DNA of 64,000 nt from Heptranchias perlo (GCF_035084215.1 NW_027139581.1:5952001-6016000), one strand, 5' to 3'. Positions 36,650-50,279 are shown, counted from the first letter of the stretch. Made by a program: numbers and translations. Notes: a model not told the origin generated them from the letters alone.

Positions 36650-37172
36650 TTATCATTCGTTCATGGGATGTGGGTGTCGCTGGAGGGCCAGCATTTATTG
36701 CCCATCCCTAACTGCCCTTGAGAAGGTGGTGGTGAGCCGCCTTCTTGAACCATGCAGTCCATGTGGTGAAGGTTCTCCTACAGTGCAGCTCGGAAGGGAG
36801 TTCTAGGATTTTGACGCAGCGACGATGAAGGAACAGCGATATATTTCCAAGTCGGAATGGTGTGTGACTTGGAGGGGAACGTGCAGCTGGTGTTGTTCCC
36901 ATGTGCCTGCTGCTCTTGTCCTTCCAGGTCGTAGAGGTCATGGGTTTGGGAGGTGCTGTCGAAGAAGCCTTGGCGAGTTGCTGCAGTGCATTCTGTGGAT
37001 GGTACATACTGAAGCCACAATGCGCCGATGGTGAAGGAATGAATGTTCAGGGTGGTGGATGGGGTGACAATCAAGCGGGCTGCTTTGTCCTGGATGGTGT
37101 CGAGCTTCTTGAGTGTTGTTGGAGCTGCACTCGTCCAGGCAAGTGGAGAGTATTCCATCACACTCCTGACTT
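36650..37172 (-). mobile_element. CR1/L2-group LINE 3' end (same family as 30050-30845); more of this family at about 39330-39575
   Basis: MMEYSPLAWTSAAPTTLKKLDTIQDKAARLI. Confidence 0.85.
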
Positions 37173-39325
37173 GTGAACTGGGAACTGAGGTTAAGGGATA
37201 TGTCAGTAGAGATGCAGTGGCAGACAGTTAATGGGATATTTCATAACACTCAGCAAAGATACATTCCAGTGAGAAAGAAAGACTCCAGGGGAAGGACGTA
37301 CCATCCTTGTCCAACGAAGGAAGTTAAAGATAGTATCAAATTGAAAGAAAAAGCATACAATTCCGCAAAGATTAGTGACAGGTCAGAAGATTGGTCAAAA
37401 TATAAAAAACAGCAAAGAATGACTAAAAGAATAATGAGGGAGAGATTTGAGTACGAGAGAAAGCGAGCTAGAAATATAATAACAGATAGTAAGAGTTTCT
37501 ACAGGTATTTAAAAAGAGTAAGTGAAGTGAGTGTTGGTCCTGGAGAGAGTGTCTGGGGAATTAATAATGGAGAATAAGGAAATGGTGGATGAATTGAACA
37601 GATATTTTGCATCCGTCTTCACTGTAGAGGATACAAATAACATGCCAGAAATAATTGTGGATCAAGAGGTGAAAGGGAGGGAGGAACTTAAAACATTTAT
37701 AATCACCAGGGAAAGGGTTTTTAAAAAAATATTAGATCGATATGCTGACAAGTTCCCAGGTCCTGACGGACTTTATCCGAGGGTATTTAAAGAAGTGGCT
37801 GCAGAGATAGTAGGTGCATTGGTATTAATTTTCCAAAATTCCCTAGGTTCTGGAAGGGTCCCATCAGATTGGAAAATAGCAAATACTCCTCTCTATTCAA
37901 GAAAGGAAGGACACAGAAAGCCGGAAACTACAGGCCAGTTAGATTAACATCTGTCATGGGGAAAATGCGAGAATCTATTATTAAGGAGGTTCTAGCAGGG
38001 CACTGAGAGAATCTCAATGCAATCAGGCAGAGTCAACACGGCTTTGTGAAAGGTAAATCGTGTTTGACTAATTTATTAGAGTTCTTTGAGGAAGTAACAA
38101 GCAACGTGGATAAAGGGGACCCTGTGGATGTGGTGTACTTGGATATCCAGAAGGCTTTTGACAAGGTGCCACATCAAAGGTGACTACACAAAATAAGAAC
38201 TCATGGTGTAGGGGGTAACATATTTGCATGGATAAAGGATTGGTTAGCTAACAGGAAACAGAGAGTAGGCATAAATGGGTCATTTTCAGGTTGGCAAGCT
38301 GTAACAAGTGGAGTGCCACAGGGATCAGTGCTTGGGCCTCAACTATTTACAATCTATATCAATGACTTGGATGAAGGGACCAAATGTATTGTTGCTAAAT
38401 TTGCTTATGAGACAAAGGTAGGAAGGAAAGTAAGTTGTGAAGAGGACATATGGAGTTTATATCGGGATATAGATAGGTTAAGTGAGTGAGCAAAAATTTG
38501 GCAGATGGAGTATAATGTGGAAAAAGGGGAACTTGTCCACTTTGGCAAGAGGAATAGAAAAGCAGTATATTATTTAAATGGAGGGAGATTGCAGAACTCT
38601 GAAATACAGAGGGATCTGGGTATCGTAATACATGAATCACAGAAATTTGGTATGCAGGTACAAGAAGTGATTAGGAAGGCAAATGGAATGTTGTCATTTA
38701 CGACAAGGGGAATGGAATATAAAAGTGGAAATGTTTTACTACAGTTGTTCAGGGCATTGGTGAGACCACATCTAGAATACTGTGTGCAGTTTTGGTCTCC
38801 TTATTTAAGAAAGGACATAATTGCTTTGGAGGCGGTTCAGAGAAGGTTCACTCGACCGATTCCTGGGATGAGGGGGTTATCTGATGAGGAAAGGTTGGAC
38901 AAGTTGGGCCTTTATACTTTGGAGATTAGAAGGATGAGAGGTGATCTTATTGAAACATATAAGATCCTGAGGGGACTAGAAGGGATAGATGCTGAAAGGA
39001 TGTTTCCCCTTGTGGGAGAGACTAGAACTAGGGGCCACAGTTTAAAAATAAGGGGTCTCCCATTTAAGATGGAGATGAGGAGAATTTATTTCCCTGCAGG
39101 TCGTGAGTCTGTGGAACTCCCTTCCGCAGAGAGCGGGGGAGGCAGGGTCATTGAATATTTTAAAGGCTGTGTTAGATAGATTCCTGATTATGAAGGGAGT
39201 CAAATGTTACAGAAGGTAGACGGGAAAGTAGGGTTGATGTCACAATCAGATCAGCCATGATCTTATCAAATGACAGAGGAGGCTCGAGGGGCCGAATGGC
39301 CTATTCCTGCTCTTAATTCGTATGT
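37173..39325 (+). mobile_element. CR1 LINE ORF2 (tether, RT, 3' UTR), decayed
   Basis: YFASVFTVED; PGPDGLYPRVFKE; [15 protein letters not shown]. Confidence 0.92.
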
Positions 39326-39575
39326 GCACACGAGTGAGGAATATGCCGCGCCATGAGGTTACAGATTGTGTTGGATTACAATTCTGCTGCTGCTGATGGC
39401 TCACAGCGCCTCATGGATGCCCAGTTTTGAGCTGCTCGATCTGTTCTGAATCTATCCCATTTAGCACGATGGCAGTGCCACACAACACGTTGGATGGTGT
39501 CCTCAGTGTGAAGACGGGACTTGGTCTCCACAAGGACTGTGCGGTGGTCACTCCTACCAATACCGTCATGGACAG

Positions 39576-40260
39576 ATGCTTGCCTTGTTTGCCCTCCCCA
39601 ATTGCATTACCTCACACTTCTCTGGATTGAATTCCATTTGCCACTTTTCTGCCCACCTGACCAGCCCATTGATATCTTCCTGCAGTCTACAGCTTTCCTC
39701 CTCACTCCCAACCACACGGCCAATTTATGTATCGTCTGCAAACTTCTTGATCAAGTCCTCCACATTCAAGTGCAAATCATTAATATATACCACAAAAAGC
39801 AAGGGACCTGGTACTGAGCCTTGAGGAACCCCACTGGAAACAGCCTTCCAGTTGCAAAAAGATCCGTCAACCATCACCCTTTGCTTCCTGCCACTGAGCC
39901 AATTTTGGATCCGACTGGCCACTTTCCCTTTGATCCCAAGGGATTTTACTTTTTTGACCAGTCTGCCATGTGGGACCTTGTCAGAAGACTTGCTAAAATC
40001 CATGGATACGACATCAAACGCGTTGCCCTCATCGACCCTCCTCGTTACCTCCTCAAAAGAGTCAATCAAATTAGTCAGACACGACATTCCCTTAACAAAT
40101 CCATGCTGACTGTCCTTGATTAATCCGTGACTTTCTAAATGACAATTAATATTGTCCCTCAGAATTGTTTGCAATCATTTTCCCACCACCGAGGTGAGGC
40201 TGACTGGCCTGTAATTACTCAGTCTATCCCTTTCTCCCTTTTTAAACAATGGTACACTGT
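39576..40260 (-). mobile_element. CR1 RT fragment
   Basis: [15 protein letters not shown]; GVPQGSVPGPLLFVVYINDL; KKFADDT. Confidence 0.9.
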
Positions 40261-40261
40261 A

Positions 40262-40630
40262 TTTAAAAGAAAGCTGATTTATTTGAGACTGATACAGAAC
40301 ATTAAACTCCAGCCCAGTTATAGGGGTTATCATCAGAAACCAATCCCAACTGTCAGAATGAACATTGTTCAATCCTGGATGTGATGAACAGCAGAATCCA
40401 ACCCCTGTGGTAACATGTGAACTCGCTGGTGTGACTGCATGTTGGATGACTGAGTGAATCCCTTCCCACACACAGAGCAGGTGAACGGCCTCTCCCCAGT
40501 GTGAACTCGCTGGTGAATCAGCAGGGCGGATGGCTGAATGAATCCCTTCCCACACTCTGCGCAGGTGAACGGCCTCTCCCCAGTGTGAACTCGCTGGTGA
40601 ATCAGCAGGTGGCATGACTGAGTGAATCCT
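40262..40630 (-). pseudogene. Deleted C2H2 ZNF copy (2.5 fingers plus 3' UTR)
   Basis: [35 protein letters not shown]; fused at about 40630 directly to the sequence that precedes the 63-bp array in the other copy. Confidence 0.88.
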
Positions 40631-41279
40631 CTGGCTGGGTTAAGTTCTGTAATGACTGGTTTCTCCTCCTGAAGAGATGAGGTCAGTAACGTTCTGAGAA
40701 TTGATGATCTTCAGTGGTGGGGACATGGTCGAGGGGGAAGTAGCAGGAGTTGTCTCTCTTTAAGAAAAGGGTTAATCAGACTGGCAACAGAGCTTTGCAA
40801 ACTGCCTTGAAGTGAACTGATGAAAAGCGCTGATGTAATATTGCTGATGATTTGTCTTTATATTTTTGTTATGTTGATTTTTAGCCTGCGTGTTAAATAG
40901 GTAAGTATGATTCTCTAACACCCCCTGACTCGTCTCCATTTCTCTTCGTTTATAGACGATCCCTGACGCATGATTTCTCCTTCATTTACGGAAGCTGCCT
41001 GCTCCAACATGATTTCTCCATCATTTAAAGACGCTCCCTGACCCATCATGATTGCTCCTTCGATACAAATGCTCCTTGACACATTGTTATTTTTCTTTCA
41101 TTTACAGACGCTGCCTGATGCATCATGATTTCACCTTCAATTGCAGACACTCCCAGATCATCACCATTTCTCCTTTATTTACAGACACTCCCTGACCCCA
41201 TCACTTTTTCTCCTTCATTTGCAGACGCTCCTTCATGGTCACCGTTTCTCATCGTTTACAGACGCTCCCTGACAGTCCT

Positions 41280-41790
41280 GCAGTTTGGCGCATGCGCGGG
41301 GCCCACGGGCCGCTTGCTGCGTTTCCGCTTGAACCGACGGGTCACTAACGGGGGAAAGGGGGGATAACGGAGGGGGGATAATGGAGGGGGGATAATGCCA
41401 CCTGTTTTCTCTCGGGTCCTGGGCCCTACACTCGGTGTTTCTGGGCCCTGCGATCCCAGCCCTTTATTAACCCGCTCTCTCCAGCTCTTTCCCCTCCGCC
41501 TCTCCCTCAGTCGCCATCCGCCCGCAGCGCATGCTCAGCTCACACTGCCCGGGTGATTGACGGGAGCTCCCGACCAATAGGAAGATCGGGGGCGGGGCTG
41601 GAGGACCGAGCGGGTCCGGGTCCTCCAACCAATGGGAGTGAGTGAGGGGCGGGACTTGCGGCACCGAGTGGGCGGGTCTGAGCCCGGATCTCCCTCATTG
41701 GCTGAAACTCTGCAACATTTTTGAACCTGATTGAAATCAAACTCCAGGAGAAAACTGGCCCTTTCTGTTGTGGCTTCAAACAAATGGATC
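41280..41790 (-). promoter_or_regulatory. Inverted copy of the ZNF promoter at 31240-31870
   Basis: Matches the 31136..31489 region in reverse; donor altered to GAG|CTGAGC. Confidence 0.65.
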
Positions 41791-41894
41791 AATTCAGGAC
41801 AGAGAGGGGGGAGTAATGGGTGAATAACACAGTGTAGTTAATAAATAAAAATAAAAAGAACACAATGTCGTGAGTGCAAACAGGTGGGAAAACA

Positions 41895-42195
41895 TTCATC
41901 AGGCATTTTGAAGGGACAGTAACATGCATCAGGCTTTTTAAAAAGACGGTAACATTCATCAGGCTTTTTAAAGGGACAGTAACATGCATCAGGCTTTTTA
42001 AAAAGACGGTAACATTCATCAGGCTTTTTAAAGGGACAGTAACATGCATCAGGCTTTTTAAAAAGACGGTAACATTCATCAGGCTTTTTAAAGGGACAGT
42101 GACAGTCAACTGGCTTTTTAAAAGCACGGTAATGTTTCTCATGGCTTTTTAAAAGGGGCAGTTACGTTCATCCGGCTTTTTAAAGAGACAGTACG
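41895..42195. repeat. 30/60-bp minisatellite
   Basis: AAAGGGACAGTAACATGCATCAGGCTTTTTAAAAAGACGGTAACATTCATCAGGCTTTTTA dimers. Confidence 0.92.
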
Positions 42196-42799
42196 CTGAA
42201 TACAAAACACATCTGTAAACCAGAATGAAAGAGACAGGATCTTCCCCCTTATCCTTCTTTATTCCAATGATCTTCCCTCCATCATAAGGTCAGAAGTGGA
42301 GATGTTCGCTGATGATTGCACAGTGTTCAGTTCCATTCGCAACCCCTCAGATAAATGAAGCAATCCGAGCCCGCATGCAGCAAGACCTGGGCAATATCCA
42401 GGTTTGGGTTGATAAGGGGCAAGTCATATTCGCGCCAGACATGTGCCAGACAATGACAATCTCGAACAAGAGAGAGTCTAACCACCTCCCCTTCACATTC
42501 AACGGCATTACCATCGCCGAATCCCCCACCATCAACATCCTGGGGGAAACCATTGACCAGAAACTTAACTGGACCAGCCACATAAATACTAACAACCAGC
42601 CCGAACCACTAACCCCAATCCTCAATCCTGACCATCAGCCAGAATCACTAACCCCAATCCTCAATCCTGACCACAAGTTAGAGTGATGGAGCACGGAGTA
42701 GCAGCTATCGACGGAGTCTGGTTTCGACAGAGTCTATAATTGGGAATTTGGTGAGTGAGGGGATTCAGTGCAGTCAGGGGTGAGGTGCATTTGATTAGT

Positions 42800-43420
42800 C
42801 AGCGGAGAGGGGCGTGCCGAGAGCGGAGAGGAGCGTACCGACAGCGGAGAGGAGCGGACCGAGGGTGGAGAGGAGCGGACAGAGAGCGAAGGGAGCAGAC
42901 CGAGAGCAGAGAGGGGCGGACCGAGAGCAGAGAGGAGCGTGCCGAGCGCAGAGAGGAGCGTGCCGAGAGGGGAGAGGAGCGGACCGAGAGCGGACCGAGA
43001 GGGGAGAGGAGCGGACCGAGAGCGGAGTGGAGCGGACCGAGAACGGAGAGAAGCGGACCGAGAGCAGAGAGGAGCGGACCGAGAGCGGAGAGGAGCGGAC
43101 CGAGAGCGGAGAGGAGCGGACCGAGAGCGGAGAGGAGCGGACCCAGAGCGGAGAGGAGCGGACCGAGAGCGGAGAGGAGCGGACCGAGAGCGGAGAGAAG
43201 CGGACCGAGAGCGGAGAGGAGCGGATCGATAGCGGGGAGGAGCGGACCGAGAGCAGAGAGGAGCGGATCGAGAGCCGAGAGGAGCGGACCGAGAGCGGAG
43301 AGGAGCGGACCGTGAGCGGAGAGAAGCGGATCAAGTGCGGAGAGGAGCGGAGAGGAGCGGATCAAAAGCGGAGAGGGGCGAACCGAGATCGGAGAGGAGA
43401 GCGGAGCGGAGCGGACCAAG
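42800..43420. repeat. 21-bp CpG-rich tandem repeat in the CR1 5' UTR (about 29 copies)
   Basis: GAGAGGAGCGGACCGAGAGCG units. Confidence 0.93.
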
Positions 43421-44467
43421 AGCGAGTCACAGCAACAACAAAACCAAACTGTAGTGTGATGTCCCAGGTAAGACAGTTCGGTGGTTGGTGGTGAGTATCT
43501 CTGATGTTTTCTTCTTTCGTAGGACTGTGGGCTCAGTAACTTACAGCATAAAACTGCATTTAAAAAAAATAAACTTAATTTAATAAATTAAACAAGGCCA
43601 GTACTTGGTTCAACCTAAAAATAATTTGATGGGCAGTGTAGTAATCAATTAAATAAATAAAATAGTTATGACAGGGCAGGAGATGTGTTGCAGCTGCAAT
43701 ATGTTGGAGCTACTGGACAGTTTTGTCCAGGGCGACTACATCTGCGGTAAGTATCTGCAGCTCGAGGATCTTCGGCTCCGAGTTGAGGAGCTGGAGTCTG
43801 AGATGCAGACATTGCGATGCATCAGGGATGGAGAACGTTACCTGGACACTTTGATCCAGGAGGCAGTCACGCCCCTTAGTCTTAATACTGTAGAATTGGC
43901 ACGTGGTCAGGGACAGGAGGGTGTGACTGCGAGTGAGCCGGGTACGGGGATCCAGGAGGTAGCATTGCAGGAGCCTCAGCCTCTGCTTGTCCAGTAGATA
44001 CGAGGTTCTTGCAGGACGAGTGCAGGGACTGGAGGGAGGATGAGCAAACTGGCCACGGCACCATGGTTCAGGGGACAATTCAAGTGAAGGAGTAAAATGG
44101 AATGTGGTTGTAGTAGACGACAGTGTAGTTAGAGGGATAGACACTGTTCTCTGCAGCCAAGAGCGAGAGTCCCGAAGGCTGTGTTGCCTACCCGGTGCCA
44201 GGGTTAAGGACATCTCCTCAGGGCTGGAGAGAAACTTGGAGTGGGAGGGGGCGGATCCAGTTGTCGTGGTCCACGTCGGTACCAACGACATAGGTAGGAC
44301 TAAGAAAGAGGTTCTGCTGAGGGAATTTGAGCAGCGAGGGACCAAATTAAAAAGCAGAACCATAGAGGTGATAATCTCCGGTTTATGACCTGAGCCACGA
44401 GCAAATTGGCACAGGGTAAATCAGATCAGAGAGATGAATGCGTGGCTCAATGATTGATGTGGGAGAA

Positions 44468-44684
44468 CTCACTGGAACTCACTGTCTGAAAGGGTTGTGG
44501 AGGCAGGAACCCTCACAACATTCAAGAAGCATTTGGATGAGCACTTGAAATGCCATAGCATACAAGGCTACGGAACAAATGCTGGAATATGGGATTAGAG
44601 TAGACAGGGCTGATGGCCGGCGCGGACACGATGGGCCGAAGGGCCTCTATCCGTGCTGTATAACTCTATGACTCTATGACTCTA
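44468..44684 (+). mobile_element. Short CR1 3' end nested in ORF1
   Basis: Ends with (ACTCTATG)n tail; the host ORF1 resumes with GFRFMGH. Confidence 0.85.
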
Positions 44685-44809
44685 AGTGGGTTTCGATTCA
44701 TGGGGCACTGTCACCAGTACTGGGGAAAGAGGGAGCTGTTCCGTTGGGATGGTCTTCACCTGAACCATGCTGGGACCAGTGTTCTGGCAAACCGAATAAT
44801 TAGGGCGGT

Positions 44810-45856
44810 TGAAGGGATTCGCAAAATTTTGCATGTTCCCCCCACCCCGAAGATTTATTGGAGTTATTAAAGAAACCCTGGTGTGACTGTTTTAAAAAAT
44901 CCAAGGTCTCTCAAAATGGCTGCAGTCAGACACATGGCCGAGAACCGGCAGATTTGAAATTGCATTCTCAACAACTCGGCAGGCTTCGTGTTTCAGACAG
45001 GTTTCTTTAAACAATGCAGCTGCATTCTAGCCCTGAGGCAAGCTATCAACATGGCCGGCCAACACATCAAAATTCGAGCATGACGTGATTGCAGGACAAA
45101 AGGTGAACCATCAAGGTACATTCGGAACAATGGTAAAGCAGTTATGGAACTCAGAAATACAGGAATTGGCCATTAATGTAAATGGGCCAGAGATGGGGTC
45201 CTTTGTCTTACGTTTCGTGCTTAAATCAAACAATGAAGGAAGCTGATGAGGTATGAAAAAAAACCTGTTGCCAAGAGGGTATAACTGGGGCTGCCCAGTA
45301 TCTCTCTCTTTCTCTTTCTCTTCGTCTCCTGGCTCGGGGTCCTGCTGTCTGCTAGCAACTAAGAAGGAAGGCCATTCAGTAAACCTCGCAATCACATGTC
45401 GACGGCAACAGCAGAGCATCAGAGGCCAGGCCTTTTCATCTGTTTTCACCAGTGAGCATTAATTTTCTGGCCGCCACAAGACAACCTAGCATAAGTATAA
45501 GGGTGGGGGTTAAAGGGGAAATTGCTAAACTTGTGATTTTAGAATTTTCCCTCGATGTGTCCGTTTCTTCCAACCCGTTTAACGTAAAACTGTATTACAT
45601 CCATTGCAATTTCTTTTCATCTTCTGTATTATACTATTTACTTTGTAGTTTTAGTTTTCTTATAAATAAACATTGGTTTTCCTTGTACCAATCCACTGGT
45701 CTGTTTGTCTGTCTTTGTTACCACTCGATAAGTCCTCAGCTCAGAATCAGGAAGTGTAAGCGATTCGCAACCGCACTGCGGGCAGGGCAGCTCAGGGAAA
45801 CATAACTGGCTGACCTATTATAAGCCCGAGAAACAGTAAAAAAGAAACCCCTTACA
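44810..45856 (+). mobile_element. Solo LTR (about 1047 bp) with 4-bp TSD
   Basis: TGAAGGG...CCCTTACA termini; CGGT at 44806-44809 and 45857-45860; TATA-like GGGTATAA near 45277 and AATAAA near 45665. Confidence 0.85.
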
Positions 45857-48800
45857 CGGTAGAGAAGGCTTTAAGCTAAATAGACGGGCGGAGAACGCAG
45901 GTGGGGCGAAGTTTAGAATGATAAAGAGAAAAGACAAGGAAGTATTACAGGAAAGTGATGGGGGTAATGATAAACAGAGTGTGTCAGGAAGGGACAGAGC
46001 GTACAAACATAAGAGTGCAGCAGCAAATGGGACCGGGGTAGGAAAGAATGGTAAAAAGACAAAATTAAAGGTTCTTTATCTGAATGCGAGCAGCATTCGT
46101 AATCAGATCGATGAATTGACGGCACAAATAGAAACAAATGGGTATGATCTCGTGGCCGTTACAGTGACGTGGTTGCAAGGTGACCAAGTTTGGGAGCTCA
46201 ATATTCAGGGTTATTTAACATTTCGGAAGGATCGGAAAAAAGATAAAGGTGGTGGGGTAGCTCTGTTAATAAAGGATGAAATTGGTATAATAGTGAGAAA
46301 TGATCTTGGCTCAGAAGATCAAGATGTCGAATCAATTTGGGTGGAGGTAAGAAATAGCAAGGGAAAGAAATCACTGGTGGGAGTAATATATAGGCCCCTA
46401 ACAGTAGCTACACTGTAGGGCAAAATATAAATCAGAAAAGAAGGGGGGCTTGTAAAAAAAGGTAATGCAATAATCATGAGCGATTTTAACATTCACTTAG
46501 ATTGGACAAAACATATTGGAAAAAAAATAGCCCTGAGGAGGAGCTCGTAGAGTGTATTATGGACTGTTTCTTAGATCAATACGTCGAGGAACCAACCAGG
46601 GAACAGGCCATTTTGGATCTGGTAATGGGTAACGATACAGGATTAATTAATGATCTGAAAGTAAAGGAACCCTTGGGAAGCAGTGATCATAACATGACAG
46701 AATTTCACATCCAGTTTGAGAGCGAGGATCTTGGGTCTGAAACTACTGTATTAAACTTAAATAAGGGCAATTACAAAGGAATGAGGGCGGAACTGACTGA
46801 AGTCGACTGGGTGAACAGATTAGATGGTATGATGGTGCATAAGCAGTGGCAAACATTGAAAGAGGTATTTTATAACTCGCAACAACATATGTCCCTGTGC
46901 GAGGAAAGACTCCACAAAAAGGATGAACCAACCATGGCTAACTAAGGAAGTTAAGGTTGGTATCAGGATGAAAGAAAAAGCATACAACATGGCAAAGATT
47001 ACTGATAAGCATAAAGACTGGGAAAGATTTAAAAACCAGCAAAGGATGACGAAAATAATAATACAGAGGGAGAAAATAAATGATGAGAATAAACTAGCAA
47101 GAAATATAAAAACTGACAGTAAAAGCTTCTGCAAGTAAAAAAAAGGAAGAGGGTAGCGAAAGTAAACATTGGTTCCTTAGAGGATGAGACTGGGAGAATA
47201 ATAATGGAAAACAAGGAAATGGCACAGAAATTGAACATTTATTTTGTATCAGTCTTCACAATAGAAGACACTAATAACCGACCAATAATAATAGAAAATC
47301 AAGGGGCAAAGGGGAGGGAGGAACCTCAAACAATCACTATCACTGGAGAAAAAGTGCGAGGTAAACGAATGGGTCTAAATGCTGACAAGTCCCCTGGACC
47401 TGATGGCTTTCATCCGAGTGTCTGAAAGGAAGTGGATACAGAGATCGTGGATGAATTGTTTGTAATCTTCCAGAATTCACTAGATTCTGGCAAGGTCCCA
47501 GCGGATTGGAAAACCGCAAACGTAACACCCCTATTCAAGAAGGGAGTGAGACAGAAAGCAGGTAACTACAGACCAGTTAGCCTAACATCTGTTTTTGGGA
47601 AAATGCTAGAATCCATTATTAAGGAAGTAGTAGCAGGACATTTGGAGAATCATAATACAGTCAAGGAGAGTCAACACGGTCTTATGAAGGGGAAGTCATG
47701 TGTGACAAATTTATTGGAGTTCTTTGAGGAAGTAACGGGCAGAGTAGATAAAGGGGAACCAATGGATGCAGTATATTTGGATTTCCAAAAAGCATTAGAT
47801 AAGGTGCCACAAAAAAGGTTACTGCACAAGATAAGAGCTCATGGTGTTGGTGGTAATATACTGGCATGGATAGAAGATTGGCTAATTAACAGAAAACAAA
47901 GAGTCGGGATAAAAGGGTCATTTTGAAAATGGCAATCTGTAACTAGTGGGGTGCCGCAGGGATCAGTGCTGTGGGCCTCAACTATTTACAATATCTATCA
48001 ATGACTTGGATGAAGGAACAGAGTGTCTTGTGTCCAAATTTGCTGATGATACAAAGATAGGTGGAAAAGCAAGTTGGGATGAGGACACAACGTGTCAGCC
48101 AAGGGATATTGACGGGTTAAGTGAATGGGCAAAAATTAGGCAGATTGAATATAAGGTGGGAAAATGTGAATTCATCCACTTTGGGAGGAAAAATAAAAAA
48201 AACATAATATTATTTGAATGGAGAAATACGACAAATTGCTGCATACAGAGGGATCTGGGTGTCCTCGTACATTAAACACAATAAGTCAACATACAGGTGC
48301 AGCAGGTAATCCGGAAGGCAAATGGAATATTGGCCTTTATTTCTAGGGGGATGGAGTATAAAAGCAGGGAAGTCATTCGACAACCTCACAGAGTGCTGGA
48401 GAGGCCAGACCTGGGGCACAGCGTACAGTTCTGGTGCCCTTATTTAAGGAAGGACATACCTGCATTTGAGGCAGTTCAGAGAAGGTTCACTAGGTTGATT
48501 CCGGGCATGTAAGGGTTGCCTTTTGAGGAAAGATTGAACAGGTTGGGTCCACACTCATTGAAGATTGGAAGAATGAGAGGAGATCTTATTGGAACAGACA
48601 AGATTCTGAGGGACTCAATAGGGTAGATGCTGAGAGGATGTTACCCCTCATGGGGGAATCTAAAACTGGGGGGCATCGTCCCAGAATAAGGGTTCGCCCG
48701 TTTAAGATGGAAATGAGGAGGAATTTCTTCTCCCAGAGGGTCTTGAATCTTTGGAATTCTTTACCCCAAAAAGCTGTGGAGGCTGAGTCATTGAATACAT

Positions 48801-48967
48801 TCAAGGCTGAGTTAGACAATTTTTTGATCAGCCAGGGAGTCAAAGGATATGGGGAAAGGGCGGGAAAGTGGAGTTAAGGGAAAAATCCGATCACCATGAT
48901 CTCATTGAATGGCGGAGCAGGCTCGAGGGGCCGAATGGCCTACTCCTGCTCCTGTCTCATATGATCT

Positions 48968-50245
48968 TATCACCACTTTATGTCCTACACATCACCACTT
49001 AATACCCTGTCCATCAACAATTTCTCCCCTGTACATCACCACTTTATACCCGGTACATCATCACTTTATACCCGGTACATCACCACTTTGTACCCTGTAC
49101 ATCACCACATTATACCGGATACATCACCACTTTATACCCTGTACATCACCACTTTATACCATGTACATCACCACTTTATACCGGATACATCACCACTTTA
49201 TACCCTGTACATCACCACTTTCTCCCCTGTACATCACCACTTTATACCCTGTACATCACCAATTTCTCCCCTGCACATGACCACTTTATACCCTGCACAT
49301 CACCAATTTCTCCCCTGTACATGACCACTTTATACCCGGTACATCACCAATTTCTCCCCTCCACATGACCAATTTATACCCTGTCCATCACCAATTTCTC
49401 CCCTGTACATCACCACTTTATACCCTGTACATCACCACTTTATACTCTGTACATCACCTCTTTATACCCTGTATATCACCACTTTATACCCTGTACATCA
49501 CCACTTTATACCCTGTACATCACCACTTTATACCGTGAACATCACCACTTTATACCCTCTACATCACCACTTTATACCCTCTACATAACCACTTTATACC
49601 CTGTCCATCACCAATTTCTCCACTGTACATCACCACTTTATACCCGGTACATCACCACTTTATACCGAGTCCATCACCACTTTCTCCCCTGTACATCACC
49701 ACTTTATACCCTGTCCATCACCGCTTTATACCCTCTACATCACCACTTTATACCCTGTACATCACGAATTTATACCCTGTGCATCACCACTTTATACCCT
49801 GTATATCACCACTTTATACCCTGTACATCACCACTTTATATCTTGTACATCACCAATTTATACCCTGTACATCACCACTTTATACCGTGTACATCACCAC
49901 TTTATACTCTGTATATCACCACTTTACACCCTGTACATCACCACTTTATACCCTGTACATCACCACTTTATACCGTGTCCATCACCACTTTCTCCCCTGT
50001 ACATCACCACTTTATACCCTGTACATCTCCACTTGATACCCTGTCCATCACCACTTAATACCCTGTACATCACCACTTTATACCCTGTACATCACTACTT
50101 TATACCCTGTACATCACCACTTTATACCCTGTACATGACGACATTATACTCTGTACATCACCACTTTATACCCTGTACATCAGCACTTTATACCCTGTAC
50201 ATCACCATTTTATACCCGGTACATCACCACTTTATTCCCTGTATA
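48968..50245. repeat. 22-bp minisatellite (about 58 copies)
   Basis: TACATCACCACTTTATACCCTG units. Confidence 0.96.
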
Positions 50246-50279
50246 TCAACGCATTGTTCAAATAGTTTTCAATTCAGTA

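Larger units (their letters stand above)
42690..48965 (+). mobile_element. Near full-length CR1 LINE (repeat-bearing 5' UTR, ORF1 Zn-finger/coiled-coil/SGNH esterase, ORF2 EN-RT), inactivated
   Basis: ORF1 CCSCNM..YICGKYLQLEDLRLRVEELE and DSVVRG..CLPGARVKD..VVVHVGTNDI; ORF2 LYLNASSIRN, GVIYRP, SSDHN, NYRPVSLTS, KFADDTK; multiple stops and frameshifts. Confidence 0.93.
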
